Positions 1 to 10,928 of a DNA stretch of 59,184 nt are shown one piece after another. The stretch is from an uncultured Ectothiorhodospiraceae bacterium. GTDB taxonomy: Bacteria > Pseudomonadota > Gammaproteobacteria > UBA9214. How positions within the stretch are numbered: the stretch's first letter is position 1; every line of letters starts with the position of its first letter. Where the stretch lies: the NCBI GenBank assembly GCA_947258615.1, contig CAMYIX010000061.1, positions 1 to 59,184 of the forward strand, in the 5' to 3' direction. The notes beneath the pieces were generated by a model, which did no database searches, had not been told where the DNA came from, and was given only the letters and a program-made list of their open reading frames with translations. A program made the translations under genes and the position numbers.

Positions 1-132
1 GACCGGGGCCAGGGTGGCGAATTTCAGCTCATAGGTCTTTTCGGCCATGACCGGCAGGCTGACGGACAGGACGAGACAACACCCGATGCAGGTGATGATG
101 TGCCGTGCCCATGGTGCGTGATTGCGTTTCAA
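1..132 (-). CDS. dctP: TRAP/TPAT substrate-binding protein, DctP family (5' part only, runs off the window)
   Basis: Hand translation from TTG at 132, which overlaps the upstream stop and follows a GGAGG: signal-peptide-like N-terminus, then AEKTYELKFATLAP, typical of DctP; lies directly downstream of a TatT gene. Confidence 0.7.
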   Translation of the reverse strand, partial: MKRNHAPWARHIITCIGCCLVLSVSLPVMAEKTYELKFATLAPV

Positions 133-1031
133 AACCAGTCATCCTCCGATTTGATCAGGATGCCGGCACGCTGCCTGGCAATAGCATTTATTAACGCCAG
201 ATCGGGGTTGAGGTTAACAGGCGACTCCAGGATGCGCGTCAGGCGGTTGTGGAAGGCGTCGCGGTCCAGGCGTTGCCTGGCCAGGTATTCCGCATACAGC
301 AGGTCAACCAGTAACAGCTGCTCCCGGTTGATTTCCCGGGCACGCCTGAAGTGCTGCTCGGAACGTGCGAAGTCACCGCCGAACAGGGGTGACCGGCCAC
401 CGTAGAAGACGCCGAAGAACAGGTGGGCCCCGCCATGATAGAAGGTCTCGTCGAGTTCGAGCACGCGGCGCATCAGGATCGCCGTGCTGGAGAGTTCGGC
501 GATCCCGGCGGGATTGTCACGGTTCAGGTTGATCCAGTTGCCCAGGCAGGAGGCGGTCCAGAACATCGCCGGGACGGCCGCTTTCCCTGCCCTGGCGACC
601 GCTGCCTCGAACTCGTGTTCTGCGCTTGACTCGGGATCCAGCGACACCCCGGACTGTTTTAGGGAAAGGCGCGCGTGATTGTAGCAGCGGCGGTAAAGCT
701 GTTCCGCCCGCTCCCGGTCCTCGATTTCGACAAAGCCATAGGCATACCCGTAGAAGCCCTCGGCCGCGTACAGCCGCAGTGCCCTGTTACCGGGGTCCTC
801 GATGAGCATGCCTTCCAGCAGCTTGAGGTTGGCCGGCATGGCGGCCCTCGCCAGGTCGAGGTCGGTTTCCCGGTTCATGGCGACGATGCCGCTGTCGAGG
901 ATGGTCTGGGTGCCACGGACCACCACGGTGCCCATGGAGCAGGCGGATAACAACAGCAGTGGTAGCAGGGCGCCGCAGACGCGGCGCAGGCGGTAGTTCA
1001 CTGGAGAGTGCCGGCCGGATGTTGAGCTCAT
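129..1031 (-). CDS. TRAP transporter T-component (TatT) lipoprotein
   Basis: Lipobox LSAC; helical TPR-like protein with ETDLDLARAAMPANLKLLEG and ELDETFYHGGAH..GGDFARSEQHFRRA; followed by dctP. Confidence 0.8.
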   Translation of the reverse strand: MSSTSGRHSPVNYRLRRVCGALLPLLLLSACSMGTVVVRGTQTILDSGIVAMNRETDLDLARAAMPANLKLLEGMLIEDPGNRALRLYAAEGFYGYAYGFVEIEDRERAEQLYRRCYNHARLSLKQSGVSLDPESSAEHEFEAAVARAGKAAVPAMFWTASCLGNWINLNRDNPAGIAELSSTAILMRRVLELDETFYHGGAHLFFGVFYGGRSPLFGGDFARSEQHFRRAREINREQLLLVDLLYAEYLARQRLDRDAFHNRLTRILESPVNLNPDLALINAIARQRAGILIKSEDDWF

Positions 1032-1041
1032 TATGATTATC

Positions 1042-2170
<1,129 letters not shown>

Positions 2171-2515
2171 TCAGGAAAAGACTTCTGAATACTGTTCTGC
2201 TTTGAAACCGAGATAATGGCGTTTGCCGATCTCCAGGACGGGGCGCTTGATCAGGGTCGGGTGCGCCAGCATCAGGTCGATGGCACCGGCACGGTCAAGC
2301 CCGTCACGCTGTGTATCCGGCAGCTGCCGCCAGGTCGTGCTGCGGCGGTTGAGCAGTGCCTCCCAGCCGAGGTCTTCTACCCAGGGCGTCAGCAGTTTCT
2401 TGCTGATGCCGTCGGCCCGGAAATCATGAAACCGGTACTCGATGTCATGCTCTGCCAGCCAGCGACGCGCCTTCCTGACAGTGTCGCAGTTCTTGATGCC
2501 GTACAGCGTTGTCAT
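2171..2515 (-). CDS. yffB: ArsC/Spx family protein YffB
   Basis: LYGIKNCDTVRKARRWL and HPTLIKRP; conserved position upstream of dapE. Confidence 0.85.
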   Translation of the reverse strand: MTTLYGIKNCDTVRKARRWLAEHDIEYRFHDFRADGISKKLLTPWVEDLGWEALLNRRSTTWRQLPDTQRDGLDRAGAIDLMLAHPTLIKRPVLEIGKRHYLGFKAEQYSEVFS

Positions 2516-2555
2516 GTAATTGAGGATTGCCCTGGTGTACTAAAATGAGAATATT

Positions 2556-2718
2556 CACCGCAAAGGCGCAAAGGGCGCAAAGTAAATCCAATAATTGCTA
2601 TAAACCGAATATCTTTTCAGCACACCCAATAACATTTTTCTTCTTTGCGCCCTTTGCGCCTTTGCGGTGCGACGGTATTCTGGATTCCACACAGCCTCTT
2701 GTTGTGCCTTTGCGGTGA
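2556..2718. repeat. Repeat cluster 1: perfect 27-bp inverted pair plus one partial copy
   Basis: caccgcaaaggcgcaaagggcgcaaag (2556-2582) and its exact reverse complement (2643-2669) around a 60-nt AT-rich spacer; partial copy at 2704-2718. Confidence 0.95.
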
Positions 2719-2725
2719 GGCGGTA

Positions 2726-3547
2726 TCAGATGTCCCGCAGCAGTTCGTTGATGCCGACCTTGGAGCGGGTCTTCTCGTCGACGCGCTTGACGATGACGGC
2801 GCAGTACAGGCTGTACTTGCCGTCCTTCGAGGGCAGGTTGCCCGAGACCACGACCGAACCCGCCGGTACCCGCCCATAGAGGATCTCGTCGCTGGTGCGG
2901 TCGTAGATGCGCGTGCTCTGGCCGATATACACACCCATGGAGATTACCGAGCCTTCCTCGACTATCACGCCTTCGACCACTTCGGAGCGGGCGCCGATAA
3001 AACAGTTGTCCTCGATAATGGTGGGACTGGCCTGTACCGGTTCGAGGACACCGCCGATTCCGACACCACCCGAGAGGTGGACGTTCTTGCCGATCTGGGC
3101 ACAGGAGCCCACCGTTGACCAGGTGTCCACCATGGTGCCACTGTCTACGTAGGCGCCGATGTTGACATAGGAGGGCATAAGAATGGCACCCGGGGCGATG
3201 TAGGCACCCTTGCGCGCCGTGGCCGGCGGGACGACCCGCACGCCGCCCTCGCGGAATTCGCGTGAGTTGGTGTCCGCGTACTTGGAAGGGACCTTGTCGT
3301 AGTAGTTGGTGAAGCCGCCCTTGATGAAGGCGTTGTCCTCGATACGGAAGGACAGCAGCACGGCCTTTTTGAGCCAGTCATTCACCACCCACTGGCCATC
3401 CCGCTTCTCTGCAACCCGGGCGACGCCGCGATCAAGCAGGTCGATTGCCTCCAGTGTGGCTTCCTTTACATGCGTCTCCACGCTGCGCGGGGTGATGTCC
3501 GCGCGTCGTTCGAAGGCTTCCTCGATCGTGGCCTGAATGTCACTCAT
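2726..3547 (-). CDS. dapD: Tetrahydrodipicolinate N-succinyltransferase
   Basis: [47 protein letters not shown]. Confidence 0.97.
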   Translation of the reverse strand: MSDIQATIEEAFERRADITPRSVETHVKEATLEAIDLLDRGVARVAEKRDGQWVVNDWLKKAVLLSFRIEDNAFIKGGFTNYYDKVPSKYADTNSREFREGGVRVVPPATARKGAYIAPGAILMPSYVNIGAYVDSGTMVDTWSTVGSCAQIGKNVHLSGGVGIGGVLEPVQASPTIIEDNCFIGARSEVVEGVIVEEGSVISMGVYIGQSTRIYDRTSDEILYGRVPAGSVVVSGNLPSKDGKYSLYCAVIVKRVDEKTRSKVGINELLRDI

Positions 3548-3601
3548 GCTGCATTTGCTCCCTTAAGTTCAAGATTTCTGTCAGCCGTTTATGATAACTG
3601 C

Positions 3602-4798
3602 CTACAGGCTGACAAGATACGATTTAATGCGTTGCGCGGCCTCGATGCAGTCTTCCAGAGGGGCGACCAGTGCCATGCGTATGTGTCCGCTACCCGGGTT
3701 GATGCCGGCGGCCGTGCGCGACAGGTAGCTGCCAGGCAGTACCCTGACATTCTGCTGCTCCAGCAGGCCGCGGGCGAATTCACAGTCATCGATCGGGGTG
3801 GCCGGCCAGAGGTAGAAGCCGGCCGGTGGTTGCTGTACATCGAGTTGCGCTGCCAGGATTCCGAGCACCGCCGAGAATTTCTCCCGGTACAGTGCCCGGT
3901 TGGCAGTGACATGGGCCTCGTCCTCCCAGGCGCTGATGCTGGCGGCCTGGGTCGCCGGCGGCATGGCGCAGCCATGGTAGGTGCGGTAGCGCAGGAACGC
4001 CTCGATCAACCGGGCATCACCGGCCACGAAACCGGAGCGCAGGCCGGGGGCATTGGATCGCTTCGAGAGACTGTGAAACACCATGCAGCGGCTGAAGTCA
4101 TTCCGACCCATGGCGGCGGCGGCCTGCAGCAGCCCGGGTGGCGGGGCGGACTCGTCCAGGTAGATTTCCGAGTAACATTCATCCGCGGCGATGGTAAAGT
4201 CATGGCGGTCGGCCAGCTGAATCAGTTGCTGCAGTGACGCCATGTCCATGACCGCCCCGGTCGGGTTGGCGGGCGTGCAGATGTAGACGAGCTGGCAGCG
4301 TGACCAGACGGCCTCGGGGATGCCGTCCAGGTCCGGCAGAAAGCCGGTCGCTGCCGTGGTGTTCATGAACACCGGTTCGGCGCCGGCCAGCAGGGCGGCC
4401 CCTTCGTAGATCTGGTAAAACGGATTGGGCATCAGTACGACCGCGTCCGCGGTCCGGTCCACCACGGATTGCGCGAATGCGAACAGGGCCTCGCGTGTGC
4501 CGTTCACCGGGAGGACGTGACGCTCCGGGTCGATGCTGCCGCCGGGTAGCGCGAAGCGCCGGCCCAGCCAGGCCGCGATGGCGGTGCGCAGTGCGGGTGT
4601 CCCGCGCGTGGTCGGGTAGTTCGACAGGCCGTGCAGGTGGGTGATCACGGCCTCCGTGATAAACCCGGGCGTAGGGTGTTTGGGCTCGCCGATGGACAGC
4701 GCGATGGGTTCCAGGTCCGCGGGCGGCTTGACGCCGGCATTCAGCCGGGCCAGGCGCTCGAACGGGTAGGGCTGCAGGCGTGTCAGGTCGGGGTTCAT
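3602..4798 (-). CDS. dapC: Succinyldiaminopimelate transaminase
   Basis: LQPYPFERL, SIGEPKHPTP and PLP motif HSLSKRSNAPGLRSG; adjacent to dapD. Confidence 0.93.
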   Translation of the reverse strand: MNPDLTRLQPYPFERLARLNAGVKPPADLEPIALSIGEPKHPTPGFITEAVITHLHGLSNYPTTRGTPALRTAIAAWLGRRFALPGGSIDPERHVLPVNGTREALFAFAQSVVDRTADAVVLMPNPFYQIYEGAALLAGAEPVFMNTTAATGFLPDLDGIPEAVWSRCQLVYICTPANPTGAVMDMASLQQLIQLADRHDFTIAADECYSEIYLDESAPPPGLLQAAAAMGRNDFSRCMVFHSLSKRSNAPGLRSGFVAGDARLIEAFLRYRTYHGCAMPPATQAASISAWEDEAHVTANRALYREKFSAVLGILAAQLDVQQPPAGFYLWPATPIDDCEFARGLLEQQNVRVLPGSYLSRTAAGINPGSGHIRMALVAPLEDCIEAAQRIKSYLVSL

Positions 4799-4903
4799 GC
4801 GGGCTCGGAGGTGGTGTTATGTTGTTGGGAGGTGATGTGACTCACGCTGGTGGCAGGCATTCATCTGCCACTGCCTGTTGGCGATGAAATTATACGGTAT
4901 GCA

Positions 4904-5791
4904 ATGAACACGGCCAAACAACCACGCCCGCTGTTTCCGGTGATCAGCCTGCTGTTCACGGCGACCCTGTGGGGGATCGTCTGGTATCCCCTGCGCCTGC
5001 TCGAGGCGCAGGGCCTGGCCGGGCTCTGGACCGCCGCGATCAGCTACGGCGCGGCCCTGGCGGTCTGTGTCTGGGTCTTCGGGCGGGAGCAGCGGGCACT
5101 GCAGGAGAATCTCCTTTATCTCGCCCTGATGGGGCTCGCGGCCGGCTGGTGCAATGTCGCCTTCATTATGGCGGTGCTGGAGGGCACCGTGGTACGCGTG
5201 CTGCTGCTGTTCTATCTGTCCCCGTTCTGGGCGGTCTGCCTTGGCTGGCTGATGCTGGGCGAGCGCCTGGATGGCAAGTCATTGCTGGTGTTTGTCATCG
5301 CCGTCTGCGGGGCCATGATAATGCTCTGGGACGAGACCATTGGCATGCCCTGGCCGCGCAATGAGGCCGACTGGATGGCGGTTTCCTCCGGTTTCGCCTT
5401 TGCGCTGAGTAATGTCTATGTGCGCAAGATGCACCACGTGGGCGTCTGGCTGAAATCGGTCAGCAGCTGGCTTGGCGTGGTGATTGTGGCCGGTGCCTGG
5501 CTCGCACTCAGCCAGGCCGGTCTGCCGGAAATCGGCACCGGGGTATTGTTCGCGGCCATCGCCCTGGGGCTGTGCGGCTTCCTGGTAATGACCGTTGCCG
5601 TCCAGTACGGCGTTTCGCACATGCCGGTGCACCGTTCGGCCGTTATCCTGCTGTTCGAACTGGTTATCGGCGCGGTCTCTTCGCTGCTGCTGACGGACGA
5701 GCGGGTGCTGGTTCGTGAATGGGTCGGCGGCGCCATGATTGTCGCGGCGGCCTACCTGGCCGCGCGCATCCATGCAGGTGACTCGACATGA
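4904..5791 (+). CDS. DMT/EamA family transporter
   Basis: About 10 hydrophobic segments in two EamA-like halves (LLFYLSPFWAVCLGWLMLGER; AVILLFELVIG); ATG 4904 preferred as start. Confidence 0.85.
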   Translation: MNTAKQPRPLFPVISLLFTATLWGIVWYPLRLLEAQGLAGLWTAAISYGAALAVCVWVFGREQRALQENLLYLALMGLAAGWCNVAFIMAVLEGTVVRVLLLFYLSPFWAVCLGWLMLGERLDGKSLLVFVIAVCGAMIMLWDETIGMPWPRNEADWMAVSSGFAFALSNVYVRKMHHVGVWLKSVSSWLGVVIVAGAWLALSQAGLPEIGTGVLFAAIALGLCGFLVMTVAVQYGVSHMPVHRSAVILLFELVIGAVSSLLLTDERVLVREWVGGAMIVAAAYLAARIHAGDST

Positions 5792-6168
5792 CAACCTTGT
5801 CCGGTATCCATCACGTCAGCCTGCTGGTCAGTGATACCCGGAGCGCCCTGGATTTTTATCACGGCATCCTGGGGCTGCCCCTGGATCCCACCCGTCCGGA
5901 GCTGGGCTTCCCCGGGGCCTGGCTGTGGATCGGGCAGCAGCAGCTACACCTGCTCGAGTTGCCGGAACAGCCTGCTGCCGACAGGCCGACCGGGCATGGC
6001 GGACGCGATCGGCATTTCGCGATGCTGGTCGATGACCTCGACGGCCTGCGCCAGGCACTGGAGTCGCACGGCGTGGCCTGCACCCTGAGCCGCTCGGGCC
6101 GCAGCGCCCTGTTCTGCCGCGACCCCGACGGCAATGCCGTGGAAATCATCGAGCAGAAAACTGCCTAG
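5788..6168 (+). CDS. VOC/glyoxalase family protein
   Basis: IHHVSLLV..ALDFYHGILGL, GRDRHFA, FCRDPDGNAVE. Confidence 0.88.
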   Translation: MTTLSGIHHVSLLVSDTRSALDFYHGILGLPLDPTRPELGFPGAWLWIGQQQLHLLELPEQPAADRPTGHGGRDRHFAMLVDDLDGLRQALESHGVACTLSRSGRSALFCRDPDGNAVEIIEQKTA

Positions 6169-8873
6169 TGGAAGAGGGGGGGTGCCTCGTCCTGTCCGGT
6201 GTCGAGGTGTTTATGCAGCGCTTTTTCGAGGCACTGTATCTGCCCGGCGTCCTCGATGGGCCGGTTATTGCGGTCGGTGATGTAGAACACATCCTCGGCC
6301 CGTGATCCCAGGGTGATGATCTTTGCGTTCAGCAACCTCACCTTGCATTCTATAAAGGCCTTGCCGACCTGTGACAGCAGTCCGGGGTGGTCGGTGGTGA
6401 TCAGTTCCATGATGGTACGGCTGTCCGTCTCGTCGCGCTTGAATTCGATAAGGGTCTGGATCGGGAAATGACGGTACTCACGCGGTGTCCTGCGTGATAC
6501 GTGCCACTCGTCACGAGTGCCGTTTCCGATTTCACGGAGCAGGGCGCTGCGGATCTCGTCCACGCGCAGGTCATCGCCAGCGGGTTCGCCGGATGCCTCG
6601 AGCACGTGGAAGGTGTTCAGCACATGGCCGTCACGGGTGGTGATGATACCGGCATCGACCACATCCAGTCCCAGCTGGTCGAGTACCGCAGTGATCAGGG
6701 TGAACAAGGTATCCGAGGCGCGGGCATAGATGAATATCTCCGTGCTGCCACGTTCGGTGATCGGCTGCAGGCTGACGATACAGGCGCTATCATCCTGCAG
6801 CCCGGCAAGCAGGCGGGTATGCCAGGCGACCTGGTCGGGGGTATGGCGGAGAAAATATTCCTCGTCGAGGTTCTGCCACACCTCATCGGGCTGGTCGACC
6901 GGCGGCGCGACGCTGGTCAGCAGGCGGCGTGCCACCTGCTGCGTCTGCTGGATATGCTCGGTGCGTTCCATCGGATCCTCCAGGCCGCGCTGCAAGGCGC
7001 GCCGGGTGCTGTAGTAGAGCTGGGTGAGCAGGGCGCCCTTCCAGTTATTCCACAGCTCCGGATTGGTACCGCGTATATCGCACACAGTGAGCAGGTGGAG
7101 ATAATCCAGTCGCACCGGGTCCTCGACCATCCTGGCGAAACGGTTGACCACCATCGGATCACTGATGTCCTCGCGTTGCGCCACGGAGGACATCGTCAGG
7201 TGATTTTCCACCAGCCAGGTGACCAGCCGCGTGTCATAGCTGCTGAGGTGGTGTTTCCTGCAGAATTCACGCACGTCTTCCGCACCCAGCGTGGAGTGGT
7301 CGCCGCCACGACCCTTGGCGATGTCATGGAACAGGCCGGCCAGGTAAAGCAGCTCGGGTTTGGGGATGGTTCTGACAATGCGGCTGCACAGGGGCAGTTC
7401 ATCCGAGTACTTGGGTATGGTCAGGCGACGCATGTTGCGTACGACAAACAGGATATGCTCGTCGACCGTGTAGGCATGGAACAGGTCGTATTGCATGAGC
7501 CCGGTGATTTTTTCGAATGCCGGTATATAGGCCGCGAGTATGCCGTACATGTTCATTTGCCGTAGCACATGCGTGACCCCGCTGGGCTGCTTGAGGATCT
7601 CCATGAACAGGCTTCTGGCACGGATGTCATCCCGAAACTTGCCGTCGATCAGGTGGCAGTGTTTGCGGATGGCGCGGATGGTATCGGCGCGTATGCCCTT
7701 CAGTTCCGGGTTCTGTTCGAGCAGCAGGAAGATCTCGAGCAGTGCAAAGGGGTAGTTCTGGAATACACCGGCATCGGCGATTTCAAGGTAGCCGTTGCGG
7801 GCCAGAAAACGCTTGTTGATCCGCACGGTTTCGCCCGCGCCGTCCGGGACCAGGATCTCCTCCTGGAACAGCTGCAGCAGCATCTCGTTGAGGCGGCTCA
7901 GTTCCATGACCGTGCGGTAGTACTGCTTCATGAAGGCCTCGACGCCCAGCCGGTCCTCCTGGTCACGGTAGCCGAACTGTTCGGCCAGGGTGCGCTGGTA
8001 GTCGAACAGCAGACGGTCCTCGCCGCGCCCGGTCAGGGTATGCAGGGCAAATCTGATTTCCCAGAGGAAATTCCTCCCTTCCTCCAGGGCGTAGTACTCG
8101 TCCCGGGTCAGAAAGCCGTGGCTGACGAGATCCTCGAGCAGTCCCGAGCCGAAATGCCGGTTGGTCACCCAGGCAATCATCTGGATGTCACGCAATCCGC
8201 CGGGACTTTCCTTGACGTTGGGTTCCAGGTTATAGGCGGTGTCATGGTATTTGTGATGGCGCCTGATCTGTTCTGCGTGTTTCTCCTTGAAGAAATCGGT
8301 GCTGTTCCAGATCCTGTCGGGGGCCACGCTGGCGTGCATTTCCCGGAACAGGGCGGCGTTGCCGGCCAGTAACCTCGCCTCAATCAGGTTGGTGATCACG
8401 GTGATGTCGGCGAGGGATTGCTCGATGCATTCGCTGATGGTGCGTACACTGTGACCCACTTCCAGGCCGATGTCCCAGAGGAACACGAGCAGGGACTCGA
8501 GTTGCGAATTGAACTGTTCGGCGTGGGTTTCGGGAAGCAGGACCATGAGGTCAATATCCGAGCCGGGCATCAGTTCGCCGCGCCCGTAACCACCCACGGC
8601 GACGAAGGCCGCACTGCCGGCATCGGCTCCCATGAACCTGTCCCAGGTACGCATCAGCACCTGGTCAACCAGCCAGGAACGTGCGGCGATCAGGGTCGGG
8701 GCACCGATCCCGTTTTCGAACTTGTCTTTCAGTGTGGCCTGGCTGTCTTCCAGGAAGCGTTTGAATGGCGGCAGCGGCGAGTCGGCGGCGGCGAGTTCCG
8801 TATCCAGTTCAGGTGTGCCGAACCACGCTTGATAGCGTTCCGAGACATCCATGGTGCTGCTGCTTTCCTGCAT
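6165..8873 (-). CDS. glnD: [Protein-PII] uridylyltransferase
   Basis: AVGGYGRGEL..SDIDL, LEPNVKESPGGLRD, HD domain (LFHDIAKGRGGDHS), C-terminal ACT domains. Confidence 0.97.
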   Translation of the reverse strand: MQESSSTMDVSERYQAWFGTPELDTELAAADSPLPPFKRFLEDSQATLKDKFENGIGAPTLIAARSWLVDQVLMRTWDRFMGADAGSAAFVAVGGYGRGELMPGSDIDLMVLLPETHAEQFNSQLESLLVFLWDIGLEVGHSVRTISECIEQSLADITVITNLIEARLLAGNAALFREMHASVAPDRIWNSTDFFKEKHAEQIRRHHKYHDTAYNLEPNVKESPGGLRDIQMIAWVTNRHFGSGLLEDLVSHGFLTRDEYYALEEGRNFLWEIRFALHTLTGRGEDRLLFDYQRTLAEQFGYRDQEDRLGVEAFMKQYYRTVMELSRLNEMLLQLFQEEILVPDGAGETVRINKRFLARNGYLEIADAGVFQNYPFALLEIFLLLEQNPELKGIRADTIRAIRKHCHLIDGKFRDDIRARSLFMEILKQPSGVTHVLRQMNMYGILAAYIPAFEKITGLMQYDLFHAYTVDEHILFVVRNMRRLTIPKYSDELPLCSRIVRTIPKPELLYLAGLFHDIAKGRGGDHSTLGAEDVREFCRKHHLSSYDTRLVTWLVENHLTMSSVAQREDISDPMVVNRFARMVEDPVRLDYLHLLTVCDIRGTNPELWNNWKGALLTQLYYSTRRALQRGLEDPMERTEHIQQTQQVARRLLTSVAPPVDQPDEVWQNLDEEYFLRHTPDQVAWHTRLLAGLQDDSACIVSLQPITERGSTEIFIYARASDTLFTLITAVLDQLGLDVVDAGIITTRDGHVLNTFHVLEASGEPAGDDLRVDEIRSALLREIGNGTRDEWHVSRRTPREYRHFPIQTLIEFKRDETDSRTIMELITTDHPGLLSQVGKAFIECKVRLLNAKIITLGSRAEDVFYITDRNNRPIEDAGQIQCLEKALHKHLDTGQDEAPPLFH

Positions 8874-8880
8874 CGCCGGG

Positions 8881-9648
8881 TTAGACTGCGTCGCCGGGCA
8901 GGCAGGTCAGTACCTCGTGGCCGCTGTCCGTGACCAGAAGGGTATGCTCCCACTGTGCTGACAGGCTGTGGTCCTTGGTGACTACCGTCCAGCCATCGGG
9001 CAGCAGCCGGGTATGGCGTTTGCCGGCATTCACCATCGGCTCGATGGTGAAGGTCATGCCGGGCTCGAGTGTCATCCCGGTGCCGGGTTTCCCGTAATGC
9101 AGGACCTGGGGATCTTCGTGAAACTCACGGCCGATGCCATGGCCACAATACTCGCGCACAATCGAGCAGTTGTTGGCCTCGGCGTGTGACTGGATGGCGT
9201 GGCCGATATCGCCCAGCCTGATTCCGGGTTTGACCATTTCGATACCAATGACCAGGCATTCATGGCTGATGCGCGCCAGGCGTTTGCTGGCCACCCTGGG
9301 TTCGCCGACAAAGAAGATCTTGCTGGTGTCGCCGTGGAATCCGTCCTTGATCACGGTGATGTCGATGTTCATCATGTCGCCCTTCTTGAGCGTCTTGGAG
9401 GAAGGGATCCCGTGGCACACGACGTGATTGACGGAGGTGCAGATGGATTTCGGGAAGCCGCGGTAGTTCAGCGGGGCGGGGACCGCCTGCTGCTCGTTGA
9501 CGATGTAGTCATGGCAGATCCTGTCGAGTTCCTCGGTGGTGATCCCCGGCCTGACATGGGGGGCGATCATGCGCAGCACCTCACCGGCGAGGCGGCCGGC
9601 GATGCGCATTTTTTCTATCTCGGACGCTGTTTTGATGGTGACAGCCAT
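8881..9648 (-). CDS. map: Type I methionine aminopeptidase
   Basis: SICTSVNHVVCHGIP, GFHGDTS, GHGIG, FTIEPM, SAQWEHT. Confidence 0.97.
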   Translation of the reverse strand: MAVTIKTASEIEKMRIAGRLAGEVLRMIAPHVRPGITTEELDRICHDYIVNEQQAVPAPLNYRGFPKSICTSVNHVVCHGIPSSKTLKKGDMMNIDITVIKDGFHGDTSKIFFVGEPRVASKRLARISHECLVIGIEMVKPGIRLGDIGHAIQSHAEANNCSIVREYCGHGIGREFHEDPQVLHYGKPGTGMTLEPGMTFTIEPMVNAGKRHTRLLPDGWTVVTKDHSLSAQWEHTLLVTDSGHEVLTCLPGDAV

Positions 9649-9699
9649 ATAAGCTACTGATTCCTTGAGACCAATTCCTGGGTGCGGGGTGTGAGAAGA

Positions 9700-9728
9700 T
9701 TGCCGCTGGGGGGAGTGTATGGTATAAA
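9700..9728 (+). promoter_or_regulatory. Sigma70 promoter of rpsB-tsf (extended -10)
   Basis: TTGCCG (9700-9705), 17-bp spacer, TG-n-TATAAA (9720-9728), then a GC-rich discriminator; matches the conserved gammaproteobacterial rpsB promoter. Confidence 0.7.
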
Positions 9729-9777
9729 GGCGGGCTTGTTAAGCGGCCCGTCAGGGATTGCCTGACAAAATTAAATT

Positions 9778-9869
9778 CACACATGTGCCGGCACATGCAG
9801 CAGGGTGCCCGACAGCCACTGAATACGGTTGCCGGGTTGCTGTCATGGGGTACATGGAAGCCTAACCCG
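9778..9869 (+). ncRNA. rpsB leader (t44 / S2 autoregulatory element)
   Basis: cacacatgt..ggcacat..agggtgcc...atggggtacatggaagcctaaccc resembles the conserved rpsB 5' UTR and has complementary arms. Confidence 0.75.
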
Positions 9870-9887
9870 AAATTGGAGAATTATTAG

Positions 9888-10874
9888 ATGGCAAATGTCA
9901 CCATGCGCCAGATGCTTGAGGCTGGCGTGCACTTTGGTCACCAGACCCGTTACTGGAACCCGAAGATGGCCCCGTACATCTTCGGCGAACGCGGCAAGAT
10001 TCACATCATCAATCTAGAAAAGACCCTGCCGCTTTTCAACGATGCAATGAACTACATCAGCAGCCTGGTTGCAAACGGCGGCACGATTCTGTTTGTCGGG
10101 ACCAAGCGGTCCGCACAGACTGCCGTGCGCGAACAGGCCGAGCGCTGCGGCATGCCCCATGTCAACCACCGCTGGCTGGGCGGCATGCTGACCAACTACA
10201 AGACCGTGCGTCAGTCGATCAAGCGTCTCAAGGACCTCGAGGGGATGGAAGAGGACGGTTCCATTTCCAGACTCAGCAAGAAAGAGGGCCTGATGCTGCA
10301 GCGCGAGCAGGAAAAGCTCGAGCGCAGCCTGGGTGGTATCAAGGACATGAGCGGTATTCCCGATGCCATGTTCGTGGTCGATGTCGGCTACGAGAAAATC
10401 GCGATCAGCGAGGCCATGAAACTGGGTATTCCGGTTGTCGGTATCGTGGATACCAACAACTCCATCGCCGGTGTCGACTATGTGATTCCCGGCAATGACG
10501 ACGCCATACGTTCCATCAAGCTCTACCTTGAAGGAGCGGCGGACGCGGTTGAGACTGGCCGTCTGAACATCGCGAGGATCGCAACCGGGTCGGAAGACGA
10601 ATTCGTGGAACTGGATGAGGGTGGGCGCACGGCCCCGAAAAAGGCGACCCGCGCACCGGCACGCAAAAAGACCGCAAGCAAGGTCACGGTGAAGAAAAAG
10701 GCCGCTGCCGACGCGCCAGCAGAAGCCGCCCCGGCAGAAGCCGCCCCGGCAGAAGCCGCCCCGGCAGAAGCCGCCCCGGCAGAAGCCGCCCCGGAACAGG
10801 CTGTTGATGAGCAGGTGGCCGATAGTGCGACTGCGGAGGCGACGCAAGCCGCTGAAGACAAGGGTGAAGCATAA
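9888..10874 (+). CDS. rpsB: 30S ribosomal protein S2 with a long low-complexity C-terminal tail
   Basis: [38 protein letters not shown]. Confidence 0.98.
   Translation: MANVTMRQMLEAGVHFGHQTRYWNPKMAPYIFGERGKIHIINLEKTLPLFNDAMNYISSLVANGGTILFVGTKRSAQTAVREQAERCGMPHVNHRWLGGMLTNYKTVRQSIKRLKDLEGMEEDGSISRLSKKEGLMLQREQEKLERSLGGIKDMSGIPDAMFVVDVGYEKIAISEAMKLGIPVVGIVDTNNSIAGVDYVIPGNDDAIRSIKLYLEGAADAVETGRLNIARIATGSEDEFVELDEGGRTAPKKATRAPARKKTASKVTVKKKAAADAPAEAAPAEAAPAEAAPAEAAPAEAAPEQAVDEQVADSATAEATQAAEDKGEA
10719..10793 (+). repeat. Coding tandem repeat, 5 x 15 bp (AEAAP)
   Basis: Five perfect copies of gcagaagccgccccg. Confidence 0.97.
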
Positions 10875-10928
10875 ACGGACCTGGAAGGGTTTTCAGGGTA
10901 CCCGGATCGTTTGAGAGAGGTTAGAGCT

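Noticed and set aside
2527-2718. Small ORFs over the repeat clusters (also 47296-47514, 47511-47729, 51969-52304, 56858-57091) with FTAKAQRAQ / TAETQRTQR-like peptides
   Set aside because: The recurring peptides are translations of the DNA repeat in different frames, with no coding-like codon usage
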